Source: a virus
Virus record (IMG/VR): IMGVR_UViG_3300044608_002890
Reading direction: 5' to 3' (one strand)
DNA length: 64,000 nt
Below the pieces are notes generated by a model. It saw nothing but the letters and a program-made list of their open reading frames with translations, was not told the origin of the DNA and made no database searches. The position numbers and the translations under genes were made by a program. Positions 40,382-50,034 of the stretch are shown in pieces. How positions within the stretch are numbered: position 1 is the stretch's first letter; every line of letters begins with the position of its first letter.

Positions 40382-42354
40382 TGAGCACAGCCAACGTAAT
40401 CTATAATTTCCAAGGACACGAAGATCTTTTCAGATCAGATCTCTTTGCCCAGATTAATAATCTACCCCCTAATCTGTCTTCTGGTCACTTGTATAATCCT
40501 ACGTCAGCAGATTTGGTGGATGGCAAACGTGAATATATTGTTATTGCGCACGATGGATGCCTAGAATCTCTTGAACAGGATCTAGAACTTGATACTACAG
40601 CCAACAACGAAGTTGATGGCAACATTGTACCTGATAGGCCTGTAGAAGTTGCTAATCGCAGAATCACATCAGATATTCAAACACATTACTGGCTAACCGA
40701 TCAAGAAGCTGCAAATCTTCAGTCTGATCCTAGAGTCCGATTTATTCATCCCACCATTGAACATGATACTGGTCTAGCTCTAACCCAGTTTGGTTTGGAC
40801 TATCAGCCGTATTATTCATTTCAAAGCAGATACAATGTAATTCGCCAATCGATAAACTTTCCTGGCGGAGCTCGTAATTGGGCCCTGCACCTATGCGGTA
40901 ATGGCAATGTTGATTATGGTTCTGGTCTTACTAGTCCGTCTGATGATCGCACCTATCGTTACATATTGGATGGCGATGGTGTGGATGTGGTCATATCTGA
41001 CGGTGGTCTTGATCCAGCGCACATGGAATGGTTGGATCCAACAGGTAGGGTTAGTAGATTCCAACGAGTTAACTGGTATACCCTTGCTGGCATCAGTGGA
41101 GCACAGGCTACAGCCCTACAGGCCAACATCAACAACGGTACATTTTACCAATCCGATGATGGTGGCCATGGCATGCACGTTGCCAGCATAACTGCAGGCA
41201 GAGTGTTTGGTTGGGCCAAACGGGCCAACATCTACAACATGAAATTTTTTGGCTTTGGCGCCATTGGTGTTGATGAAGGCCTAGATCTCATAAGACTCTG
41301 GCACAAAAATAAACCCATAGATCCCAAAACCGGACAAAAAAGACCCACCATAGTCAATGGAAGTTGGGGGGTATCTAGATTTGTTGCCATACCTAAGCAA
41401 AAGGGGTTTGAACATCCAAGTTTTTTCCCGGGTTCCGGTAATAAAGTTTACAGTGGTGTTGCCGCAGCCAACATTACCTACAGAGGTACTAATATTGGTA
41501 CAGTCAATGTATTCGATGATGTTGCCAATACTGGCCTTAACGGAACCACAAGATTAGATAATTTTGATGCGGGCTCAAATTCTTCGGGAGTTCCTATAAC
41601 AATTAGATTTTTTGGCTTCAATGGACAAGTTGGCTCTTGGGATACTTCAGCTGAATCAATGATCAAAGAGGGCGTAATCTTTGTACACGCCGCAGGTAAC
41701 GATCATCATAAACTAGATGTTCCAGGTGGTCCTGACTATAACAATCAAATTTCAGTTTGGTATACCCCAATATCTTTTCTTCCCCCAATTTTTCAACAAT
41801 CTTATTATTATCATAGACCAAGTAGCCCTGACCTTGGTAACGTCATACACGTGGGCAGTGTTAACAGCATATGTTCCCAAAAACCCAATATTTTAGAAAG
41901 CTCACCATTCAGTGCCTGGGGACCAGGAGTAACTGTCTGGGCGCCTGGCTCGGCAATTGTAGCTGCTTATTCTGCCAAGTACGGTAATCTGCCGGCTAAT
42001 GATGATTTTGTCTATAAAAATCCCACGACCGGAGCATCAGTCGCTGGCAACGCAATGGTAGCCTTGTCTGGTACCAGCATGGCTGCTCCACAGGTAACTG
42101 GGTTTTTGGCCCTATATCTGCAAGCCAACCCCGCAGCCAACCAGTTGGCCTGTTTGCAATGGTTACAAAATGTAGGCAGCAACAGCAACTTACTGTATAC
42201 AGGCAATGTTGATGATTATGCCAATGCCTACATAGTTGGTAATTCTGGTAAATTCATGTATACACCTTGGAAAACAGGCGTTGCTACGCAGTCTACGCAA
42301 GACAACATAGAGGGTAGTTTGGTTCTAGAGAATTTAACCATCAACACCATCTGA
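40381..42354 (+). CDS. S8 (subtilisin-like) serine peptidase
   Basis: VDVVISDGG (Asp), HGMHVAS (His), AAGN oxyanion, GTSMAAPQVTG (Ser). Confidence 0.93.
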   Translation: MSTANVIYNFQGHEDLFRSDLFAQINNLPPNLSSGHLYNPTSADLVDGKREYIVIAHDGCLESLEQDLELDTTANNEVDGNIVPDRPVEVANRRITSDIQTHYWLTDQEAANLQSDPRVRFIHPTIEHDTGLALTQFGLDYQPYYSFQSRYNVIRQSINFPGGARNWALHLCGNGNVDYGSGLTSPSDDRTYRYILDGDGVDVVISDGGLDPAHMEWLDPTGRVSRFQRVNWYTLAGISGAQATALQANINNGTFYQSDDGGHGMHVASITAGRVFGWAKRANIYNMKFFGFGAIGVDEGLDLIRLWHKNKPIDPKTGQKRPTIVNGSWGVSRFVAIPKQKGFEHPSFFPGSGNKVYSGVAAANITYRGTNIGTVNVFDDVANTGLNGTTRLDNFDAGSNSSGVPITIRFFGFNGQVGSWDTSAESMIKEGVIFVHAAGNDHHKLDVPGGPDYNNQISVWYTPISFLPPIFQQSYYYHRPSSPDLGNVIHVGSVNSICSQKPNILESSPFSAWGPGVTVWAPGSAIVAAYSAKYGNLPANDDFVYKNPTTGASVAGNAMVALSGTSMAAPQVTGFLALYLQANPAANQLACLQWLQNVGSNSNLLYTGNVDDYANAYIVGNSGKFMYTPWKTGVATQSTQDNIEGSLVLENLTINTI

Positions 42355-42362
42355 CCAAAAAA

Positions 42363-42378
42363 TAAATACGGATAAATA
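42363..42378 (+). promoter_or_regulatory. tandem late promoters TAAATA
   Basis: TAAATA at 42363 and 42373. Confidence 0.65.
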
Positions 42379-42410
42379 AACGTATAACTAATTTCTGACG
42401 AGGAAATAAC

Positions 42411-43454
42411 ATGTCCAATTTTGTTGCAAAAACCAGAGCCCTCATGGAGCAGATGTCTGAGGCTCAGGACAAGCCTGTAGACAAAGCGCATTTTTGTGCT
42501 ACGCACGTCGAACATCTGCTTTTTGGTCCAGGGACCTGCATTAGCGAAGCTCATGCCGAGCCCGATGACAATGGACATGTCGCCTGGTACACTGTTCAGT
42601 TTACCGATGGTGTGCGTAAAATTGACACCAAGGATCTAAAGGTTACCGAAGGCAAGAGCCACATGCACAAGAAGCCCATGAAGGAAGCAGAGGTTGCCGA
42701 AGCCAACATTAAACATCCCAATCAGCAGAAGCTCGATGTACATGAGCCCGAAAAGGATGAGCTAACAGCCAAGGACTTCGAAATGTTCCGCAAGGGCAAG
42801 AAAGTCGAAAAGACTGTTGACACAGAAAAAGAAGAACAGAAGATGACCAACGAAGCTCAGACAAGTGCTGCTGCTAGATACACCAAAGCTAAAATGAGTC
42901 ATCAGGCATCAACCACCATGAAACACATAGCCAATCCGACAGCAGGCGAAACTAAAGCTGCCAAGGACATCAAGCCTGGCATAGCTGGTTATCGTGACCG
43001 TATTGCTATGCTTAAAAGTGCCCAAGCAAGAGGTGCTTTGAAAGCAGAAGAAGTCGAAACGGAAAATTTCGAATTGATTGATATTACTACAACCTATGAA
43101 ATGACTGAACATGTTGCTATACCTAAAAATCCATCCTTTGAGAATTATTTGGATGCTGTAAGTTTTCTAATTAACAATGACAGCGAAGAAATTCAGAAAG
43201 AAATAATTTCATTGGCTCAAGAAGCATTTGCCAACAAAGAAATTGATGTCCTTATCAAAGCCGAATTGCAGGCCATGAACGAAGCAGGCGCCATCAAGAT
43301 GCCAACAGCAACAGGCATGCGCGTCATGGGCACACGTTACGGAAATAGTGCTGAGGCTGAACGTAATAGTACCAAGAAGTTCATAGACACAATGAAAGGC
43401 CCTAGCTCTGCGGCTATGGCTAAATTGGAAAAACCAGCCAAAGCCAAGAAATAA
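42411..43454 (+). CDS. modular putative internal or structural protein
   Basis: HFCATHVEH module, KLDV...LTAKDFEMFRK module, multiple xxE sites. Confidence 0.75.
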   Translation: MSNFVAKTRALMEQMSEAQDKPVDKAHFCATHVEHLLFGPGTCISEAHAEPDDNGHVAWYTVQFTDGVRKIDTKDLKVTEGKSHMHKKPMKEAEVAEANIKHPNQQKLDVHEPEKDELTAKDFEMFRKGKKVEKTVDTEKEEQKMTNEAQTSAAARYTKAKMSHQASTTMKHIANPTAGETKAAKDIKPGIAGYRDRIAMLKSAQARGALKAEEVETENFELIDITTTYEMTEHVAIPKNPSFENYLDAVSFLINNDSEEIQKEIISLAQEAFANKEIDVLIKAELQAMNEAGAIKMPTATGMRVMGTRYGNSAEAERNSTKKFIDTMKGPSSAAMAKLEKPAKAKK

Positions 43455-43470
43455 TCAAGGGGAAACCAAA

Positions 43471-44337
43471 ATGTCTCTATGGGGAATTTACGACGATAAG
43501 ACCAGTGCCGGTACAGTCAATGTATGGGCCAACGGTCAGGTAGTAGGATCTAGCACATTCTTTGCTGATCCTACAGTTGCCAAGGTAGGCGACTACATTA
43601 CCATTGATGCAACAGGTCAGAATCTGTTGATCACTGAGATTACCAGCAACACCATTGCCACGGTGATAGCCGGTACAGCCGGTGAAAGTGTAGTTAATGT
43701 TAATGCTGGTGCTGCTTTTGCTCTCAGCGAAAAACCCAAGTATGTTAGCTATTATAGCATAGGCAGTACTGTGGGTCAGGGAGCTGCCAATGTATATGGT
43801 GTTAGCAACGTCGAAATAGCAGCCAACAGCCACAATGCTGGCATTCAGCATGCTGGTTGGGTAAAAAGACTGGAAAGCGCAGGTCCTGGCGGTGTAGGTA
43901 CACGTGTCCGCTACGAAACACTGGTGGCTACTCGTCGTATCAATGGCGATGCTCTTGACGACAGCATTCTTCTTGACTTCTATGCTGCCATTACCACACA
44001 GCCTAGTGCTACAACAGCCAACCTCATTGCCAATGCCAATCTACAGCCAACCTTTACGGTGGTCAACAGTGTAGCTCCAGCGACTGGCAACATTGGTTAT
44101 TACTGGCAGATTAGTACCGATAATGGTGCTAACTGGGCAAACATCAGCAATGCTACAGCATATGCTGGTTTCTCAAGCAGCGGTCTTGGCAACACATCGT
44201 CAACACTCACTGTATTACAACCGCTGGGCAAAGACACTTATGAATATCGTGTCAAGATCTTTGCGGGCGATGGTTATGCATCAACTGGATTCAATGAAAT
44301 AACCAGTACCAATGTCATTCTGACCATCATCCAGTAA
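43471..44337 (+). CDS. virion structural protein (MSLWG type, Ig-like C-terminus)
   Basis: MSLWG; HAGWVK...RYETLVA; YYWQISTDNGANW...YEYRV. Confidence 0.75.
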   Translation: MSLWGIYDDKTSAGTVNVWANGQVVGSSTFFADPTVAKVGDYITIDATGQNLLITEITSNTIATVIAGTAGESVVNVNAGAAFALSEKPKYVSYYSIGSTVGQGAANVYGVSNVEIAANSHNAGIQHAGWVKRLESAGPGGVGTRVRYETLVATRRINGDALDDSILLDFYAAITTQPSATTANLIANANLQPTFTVVNSVAPATGNIGYYWQISTDNGANWANISNATAYAGFSSSGLGNTSSTLTVLQPLGKDTYEYRVKIFAGDGYASTGFNEITSTNVILTIIQ

Positions 44338-44371
44338 TTGATGTTTAAATTTTCTACGCTAGGAGTATATA

Positions 44372-45079
44372 ATGGCCGATAGTAAGGTAAGTCAGCTAGC
44401 ACCGGCTACACAGGCCGCAGCAGCTGACCTCATGTATTTGGTACAATCCAATACCAGTAAACGACTTACCGTTGGTAATTTGTTTAGCAATGTTGCTGTG
44501 GACCTAGTGCCAACTGTGAACAATGCCAACAACATAGGTTCGGCTTCGTTCCGTTGGCGCCAGGTTTTTGCAGCCAATCTCAACATATCTACATCGGCCA
44601 GCATAGCCAATGCCAATCTTACAGGATTTGCCACTACCATTAGCAGCAATGTATTGCCTGCTGCTACTGGTGTATGGAGTTTGGGCAACACTGATTATAG
44701 ATTTAGATCCATCTGGTTAACGGGCAGCAGTTCCATCTACCTGGGCAGCAATACAGCCATTAGGTCTGATGATGAAGGTAATGTAACCATCAGCATGGGA
44801 CAGAATACCCTGTTTGCCAATGCCGATGGTTCAGTGAAGGTGGGTACATTCAGCATCAAACCTACCAATACAGCCAACGGTAGTCCAGTGCGTCCGTTGG
44901 TGTTTACCAATGCCGAACTAGACATTTCCAATTTGCCCAACATAGCCAACGTTGACTTTGGTCGAGGGCCCAGCACCGTAGGAATGGGTCCGCTGGTAGG
45001 TGACCTAGCCTTCAATTTGACCACCAGTAAGCTCATGATCTATCTAGGAAACGTACTTGGTTTTGCCAATGTAGCATAA
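44372..45079 (+). CDS. tail-fibre-associated-like structural protein
   Basis: MADSKVSQL; NIGSASFRWR repeats; GDLAFN. Confidence 0.75.
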   Translation: MADSKVSQLAPATQAAAADLMYLVQSNTSKRLTVGNLFSNVAVDLVPTVNNANNIGSASFRWRQVFAANLNISTSASIANANLTGFATTISSNVLPAATGVWSLGNTDYRFRSIWLTGSSSIYLGSNTAIRSDDEGNVTISMGQNTLFANADGSVKVGTFSIKPTNTANGSPVRPLVFTNAELDISNLPNIANVDFGRGPSTVGMGPLVGDLAFNLTTSKLMIYLGNVLGFANVA

Positions 45080-45468
45080 TGAATGTCATAGAATTGAATG
45101 ATGAAACCTTTATCATGTATGCCATTAAAAATTATGATAACCCAAACTGTACAGGACTCACAGAATTTCATGATGACGTACAGAGATTTAAATATCTAAA
45201 AAGATTGTTTCGCAAGGCCAATCGCGGTGAGCTCAAAGAAAGACTCATACTAAATCATCTGGTTGTCCTTTATAATTTGTTTGGTGCAGAAGCTGCGACA
45301 CGCATGCTGTTCTACAAGATAGACAACATTGATTGGCCGCAGCTTAAAACCTTCTTGGTGTTTTTGAACTTCATGCCTGAAAATTTAGTTTTGGCTGATG
45401 GGTCAAACATGCCCAGTGCAGACATAGCTCTTGTACCTGCACTCATAGATGTGCTAAGGAAAATTTAA
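45079..45468 (+). CDS. conserved T4-like phage protein
   Basis: YAIKNYDNP...RFKYLKRLF...LILNHLVVLYNLFG. Confidence 0.85.
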   Translation: MNVIELNDETFIMYAIKNYDNPNCTGLTEFHDDVQRFKYLKRLFRKANRGELKERLILNHLVVLYNLFGAEAATRMLFYKIDNIDWPQLKTFLVFLNFMPENLVLADGSNMPSADIALVPALIDVLRKI

Positions 45469-45989
45469 TGGGACGTTTTGTAGACAACATCATAGCTTTT
45501 AGAATACTGCGTCTGCTTACCACGCCCTTTGAAGAAACCGATGCATTCAAGCAGGGCATCATAGATGCTAAAGGGCGTGAACTTAAACGCATGCGTGATC
45601 TGCATACCGATGCCGAGCTCGAAGCCTATACCCTATTGCATAGACTGGTGTTTAGACTCAAAAAAATCATTGAAAAAGTACCCATTGACAATAAAAAGAT
45701 CGTTAGTTATGCTGCAGCCATAGCGTTAATTCGCGAACATCTGGACAACAATGTCGAGCCTGCTGATCTAGAAGCCAGATTTGTTGTCAAAATGCGTTCC
45801 GAACTTACCGAAGAAATAAACTGGGTAAACGACAATCTAAATAAAGGTAGCTTGTTTACCTTCAAACAGTTCCGAGAAGATGCACCAGCTAACAATTCCA
45901 TGGCTACTGGTGGCATAGCAAGACCCGAAGGCAAACCCTTGTTTGGTAAAATGACTCGCAGGAGCAATGTAAATGTTAAAGTGGTTTAA
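45468..45989 (+). CDS. conserved T4-like phage protein
   Basis: FRILRLLTTPFEETDAFKQGIID...YTLLHRLVF. Confidence 0.8.
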   Translation: MGRFVDNIIAFRILRLLTTPFEETDAFKQGIIDAKGRELKRMRDLHTDAELEAYTLLHRLVFRLKKIIEKVPIDNKKIVSYAAAIALIREHLDNNVEPADLEARFVVKMRSELTEEINWVNDNLNKGSLFTFKQFREDAPANNSMATGGIARPEGKPLFGKMTRRSNVNVKVV

Positions 45990-46233
45990 GACGTTATTTT
46001 TTGGACCCGAACCACGCCCGGTTACGGAGCCCGTCACACCCATGCCCCCGCCAGTGCCTGCACCTGTCATAGAGGAGCCCATGGTTACTGCTGCACCCGC
46101 AGAAACCAAAGCTCAACCCAAACCTGCAACACGGACCAAAACCACAGCAGTCAAGGCCAAGGCCAAACCGCAGCCTAAAAAGACTGAAACAAAACACTCT
46201 ACCACTCGTGGCCGACCCAAGAAAAATGGATGA
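45973..46233 (+). CDS. Pro/Lys-rich small protein
   Basis: Ends RGRPKK (AT-hook-like). Confidence 0.6.
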   Translation: MLKWFKTLFFGPEPRPVTEPVTPMPPPVPAPVIEEPMVTAAPAETKAQPKPATRTKTTAVKAKAKPQPKKTETKHSTTRGRPKKNG

Positions 46234-46552
46234 AGCCTCTAGGATAGCCAAATTGGAAGCTCAAGTAGACGCCATCAAAGAAGACGTAAGTGAGCTTAAA
46301 TCCGATGTACGTGACCTCCATTCCCGTATTACTACGGGCAATAGAGAAATCATGGAAAAGATTGACTCAAAATTCGATACCTTGACCAGCTCTGAAAAAT
46401 CTGCTCATGTAGAAATGATGCAGAGCGTTGACACTCTAAGTGAACGAGTCAACGTCCTGGAGCGCTGGCGCTGGATGATTGTTGGTGCTTCCATAGTAGC
46501 TGGCTATGTAGTTGGTCAAATAGACATCAAAGCATTATTAAATCTGCACTAG
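46226..46552 (+). CDS. coiled-coil + C-terminal TM protein (holin-like candidate)
   Basis: RIAKLE...LERWRWMIVGASIV. Confidence 0.7.
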   Translation: MDEASRIAKLEAQVDAIKEDVSELKSDVRDLHSRITTGNREIMEKIDSKFDTLTSSEKSAHVEMMQSVDTLSERVNVLERWRWMIVGASIVAGYVVGQIDIKALLNLH

Positions 46553-46555
46553 GCA

Positions 46556-46584
46556 TTGACCCCTAGCCTCTAAGACTCTATAAT
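46556..46584 (+). promoter_or_regulatory. sigma70-type promoter for primase operon
   Basis: TTGACC-17bp-TATAAT. Confidence 0.7.
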
Positions 46585-46603
46585 TAGAGTCTGGAGGATC
46601 ATA

Positions 46604-47626
46604 ATGTCGTTATACGTTGATATCAAATACCTAAGACTCATCAGCCACAGACTTGATAAATTCAAACAAAAGTCTGAGGACAAATTCAACTGCCGTTGTC
46701 CTATCTGCGGCGACAGTCAGGTCAAAACCAACAAGGCTCGTGGATACTTCTACCCCAGCCCCAACAGAAACGATCTCCAGTACAAGTGCCACAACTGCGG
46801 CGTAAGCATGATGTTCGGTACCTTTCTCAAGCAACTGGACAGCAATCAATACGGCGACTATGTTGTAGAAAATTTTGGCGAACGACCCAAACGCAGCAAT
46901 GCAACGGTCAAGTTGGAATACAGTCGGCCCATGCCCGAAGTTCAAACCACAACCAAAAGAAATCTTCTGGATGAACTGCTGCCCAGACTCAGCGCCCTGC
47001 CCACAGACAACGAAGCCGTAGTGTTCTGCAAAAGCCGCCACATACCCGAACATTGTTTTGACTACTTGTACTTTGTAGACGATGTGCGCAAGATAGAACA
47101 GCTGAGCGACAAGTATACCAATAAATTACAGACCTCAGAGCCCAGATTGGTGCTGCCTTTCTACGATCATCGACTTCAACTAAGCGGCATAACCTGCAGA
47201 GCACTCAGAGGCGAAGCTCTCCGATATCTAACCATCAAGATCAAAGACAATGTTCCCTTGATCTTTGGCCTGGATCGCGTAAATGTCCGTAAACCCATTT
47301 TGGTGGTCGAAGGTCCCATAGACAGCCTGTTCTTGGACAACTGCATAGCCGTTGGCGGAACAGCCTTTGGCAAGATTCATGAACTTGGTCTGCCCGATGT
47401 CACGGTTATCTTTGACAACCAGCCACGCAACCGTGAACTCACCAAGCTCATGTCAGCCATCATAGATAGCAATACCAAAGTGGTTGTGTGGCCACAAAAA
47501 TACGAAGCCCACAAAGACATCAACGACATGGTGCTGGCCGGCATTGATGTACGTGCCATTGTCAGGCATCATACCTATCAGGGGCTCGAAGCTCGTTTAA
47601 AATTTACAGCGTGGAAAAGATGCTAG
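46604..47626 (+). CDS. 61: DNA primase (T4 gp61)
   Basis: CRCPICGDS, YKCHNCG zinc finger; VVEGPIDSLF, IFDNQPRN, KDIND TOPRIM. Confidence 0.96.
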   Translation: MSLYVDIKYLRLISHRLDKFKQKSEDKFNCRCPICGDSQVKTNKARGYFYPSPNRNDLQYKCHNCGVSMMFGTFLKQLDSNQYGDYVVENFGERPKRSNATVKLEYSRPMPEVQTTTKRNLLDELLPRLSALPTDNEAVVFCKSRHIPEHCFDYLYFVDDVRKIEQLSDKYTNKLQTSEPRLVLPFYDHRLQLSGITCRALRGEALRYLTIKIKDNVPLIFGLDRVNVRKPILVVEGPIDSLFLDNCIAVGGTAFGKIHELGLPDVTVIFDNQPRNRELTKLMSAIIDSNTKVVVWPQKYEAHKDINDMVLAGIDVRAIVRHHTYQGLEARLKFTAWKRC

Positions 47627-47901
47627 ACGAAAAACAACGTGAAACACTACTAATCATGCAAGAAGAATGTGCAGAAGTTATTCAGGCAGTCAGTAAGATT
47701 TTTAGATTTGGTCCTGAAAATTTCAAGCCCGGTAAACCTCTGACCAATACAGAACATCTGGAAACTGAGCTAGGTGATCTTTTATGCATGATAGAAATTT
47801 TATATGATCAGGGCATGATCAAAGCCGAAGCCATAGAACAGGCCATGCAGAACAAACGCGAAAAACTTAAAATTTACAGCAGGATTTATCATGAAAGTTA
47901 A
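47620..47901 (+). CDS. MazG-like NTP pyrophosphohydrolase
   Basis: EECAEVIQAVSK...ELGDLLCM. Confidence 0.85.
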   Translation: MLDEKQRETLLIMQEECAEVIQAVSKIFRFGPENFKPGKPLTNTEHLETELGDLLCMIEILYDQGMIKAEAIEQAMQNKREKLKIYSRIYHES

Positions 47902-48601
47902 ACTAATCAGCTATTCACAGGCATCCAAGGAGATGCTAGAAACCTATGATAAGCACATTATACCCGATGTACAGGACCTCATTGCCTATTGCGCCCGAGT
48001 CTCGAACCCAAACAACCAATCCAACACAGAAACCACGGACCGATTACTCAGATACCTCATCCGGAACCAGCACTGGTCACCCTTCGAAATGGTCAGCGCC
48101 TGTCTCGAAGTTACCACCACACGAGACATTGCCCGACAAATGCTCCGACATCGAAGCTTTACCTTCCAGGAGTTCAGCCAGCGATACGCTGACCCTACTA
48201 AGGACCTCGATTTTGTTCTTAGAGAAGCAAGGCTACAGGACACCAGCAACCGACAGAATTCCATCAAACTGGATCTCACAGACCCAGAAAGTCGAGAGCT
48301 GAACAATCTCTGGATAGAAAAACAGCAAAAGGTTCTTCGAGTAGTCCGTGCTGCGTATGAATGGGCTACGTTCAACGGCATTGCCAAAGAGCAGGCCCGT
48401 GCAGTTTTGCCAGAGGGCTTGACAGTTAGCAGGTTATATATACATGGCACCATTAGAAGCTGGATTCATTATTGTGAACTACGTAGCGCTCATGGTACGC
48501 AGCTCGAACATCAGGAAATCGCTCGGGCCTGTGCAGACGTTATATCTAAAGTATTTCCTTTGATGAATCATATCAGGAGTGATGATGAACACAAGGCTTG
48601 A
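47891..48601 (+). CDS. thyX: flavin-dependent thymidylate synthase
   Basis: HWSPFE, RQMLRHRSFTFQEFSQRY, EQARAVLP. Confidence 0.96.
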   Translation: MKVKLISYSQASKEMLETYDKHIIPDVQDLIAYCARVSNPNNQSNTETTDRLLRYLIRNQHWSPFEMVSACLEVTTTRDIARQMLRHRSFTFQEFSQRYADPTKDLDFVLREARLQDTSNRQNSIKLDLTDPESRELNNLWIEKQQKVLRVVRAAYEWATFNGIAKEQARAVLPEGLTVSRLYIHGTIRSWIHYCELRSAHGTQLEHQEIARACADVISKVFPLMNHIRSDDEHKA

Positions 48602-48965
48602 TGTGGCTACGTTTATGCGAGCCGGTCAACAGAATGTTGACACCATGAATGCTGGATTTTATCCGGGACGTTTGACTCAGGCCGATCTGTACATGGATCT
48701 AGTCACTGAGGAATTCAATGAATTAACTCAAGCAGTCATTAAAAAAGACATTGTCGAGACTGCCGATGCCTGTGCAGATCTAATCTGGGTAGTTGAAGGA
48801 CTCATGTACAGCCTGGGCATAGATCCGCAGACAGTATGGGACGAAGTAGCCCGTTCCAATCACAGCAAAACCGTCGATGGCATGCTCATCAAGCGTGAAG
48901 ATGGTAAGGTACTAAAGCCTGCATCATATTCACCACCCAACATACAAAGAGTACTGGGACTATAA
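48585..48965 (+). CDS. MazG/PRA-PH-like dNTP pyrophosphatase
   Basis: EEFNEL, DACADL, SNHSK, REDGKVLKP. Confidence 0.88.
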   Translation: MNTRLDVATFMRAGQQNVDTMNAGFYPGRLTQADLYMDLVTEEFNELTQAVIKKDIVETADACADLIWVVEGLMYSLGIDPQTVWDEVARSNHSKTVDGMLIKREDGKVLKPASYSPPNIQRVLGL

Positions 48966-48968
48966 TAC

Positions 48969-49472
48969 ATGTGGCAAATCACCTATATGCTAGGGTTCTT
49001 ACCCGAATGGTTATGGACAGCTTTGTTCTTTGTTGGTGTTGCTCTGCTGATTGCAGCGCAATTTCTCCGAGCATTGCCCAGCATAGCTGCATATAGATAT
49101 CCCATTGTTATGGTTGGTGGCTTCAGCCTCATGCTAAGCATCTGGCAATTGGGCGCAGCCAGCAATGAAGCCAAGTGGCAGGAACGCATCAAAGAAGTCC
49201 AAGCACAGCTAGATGCAGCCAAAGCAGAAAGTGCTGCCATCAACGATAAACTCAAGGCCGAACAAGCCGAAAAAGCCAAAATTGCCGAACAGAAAAGCCG
49301 AACCGTAGTACAGTATGTTGACAAATTCCGTGATCGTGAAGTACTCAAGACTGTCGAAGGTCCTGAGCGTGTCAAGATTGAAAAAGTCATAGAGTACGTT
49401 GAGAAATGCCCAGTCCCCAAGGAGCTACTAGATGCACACAATGCAGCTGCCAAACGTGAGGGCATGAAATGA
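48969..49472 (+). CDS. Rz-like i-spanin candidate
   Basis: N-terminal TM segments, coiled coil, C-terminal CPVP...HNAAA. Confidence 0.6.
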   Translation: MWQITYMLGFLPEWLWTALFFVGVALLIAAQFLRALPSIAAYRYPIVMVGGFSLMLSIWQLGAASNEAKWQERIKEVQAQLDAAKAESAAINDKLKAEQAEKAKIAEQKSRTVVQYVDKFRDREVLKTVEGPERVKIEKVIEYVEKCPVPKELLDAHNAAAKREGMK

Positions 49473-49753
49473 GAGCCATGATCATACTATTTTGCCTGTT
49501 ATTTTCGGGTTGTAGCCTGTTCCAGAAGCAGCCTGTTCCCATGGTACCAGATTTTCCACAGCCCTACAGCACCGAAAAGTGCAAGCAGCTCATGACCATC
49601 GAAGGCGATCAGGTACCCATGACCGATGTGCTTAAAGTAATCGTGGAAAACTACAAACTATATTATTATTGTTCAGACATGGTAGATGGCTGGAATGATT
49701 GGTACAAACAACAGCGCGATGTCTACGAAAAGCTCGGTAAGGATAAGAAATGA
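49469..49753 (+). CDS. Rz1-like o-spanin candidate lipoprotein
   Basis: Lipobox FSGC; PDFP; ENYKLYYYC. Confidence 0.6.
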   Translation: MRAMIILFCLLFSGCSLFQKQPVPMVPDFPQPYSTEKCKQLMTIEGDQVPMTDVLKVIVENYKLYYYCSDMVDGWNDWYKQQRDVYEKLGKDKK

Positions 49754-50007
49754 AAAAGCTCGTAATAGTATTCACAGCACTTATGCTTTCGGCCTGCGTT
49801 GTCAACAAAGAGCAGATGTATTATGATACGGCCAAGAGCATCAGCAAGGACAACACCATGGCTCAGACAGCTTGCTGGAGTGCCATCAGTGAAATAGCCA
49901 AAAGTGGCGATAGCGGTGCCAAGGTAGGAGCAGTTGCCCTGGCAGATAAATGTAAGAACGAACCCATTAAGATTGAAGCGCCCAAGCGTAACTGGCTGGG
50001 CTTGTGA
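49750..50007 (+). CDS. lipoprotein
   Basis: Lipobox LSAC. Confidence 0.7.
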   Translation: MKKLVIVFTALMLSACVVNKEQMYYDTAKSISKDNTMAQTACWSAISEIAKSGDSGAKVGAVALADKCKNEPIKIEAPKRNWLGL

Positions 50008-50034
50008 TCTAGAAAAACAACAACGGAGCAGTAT

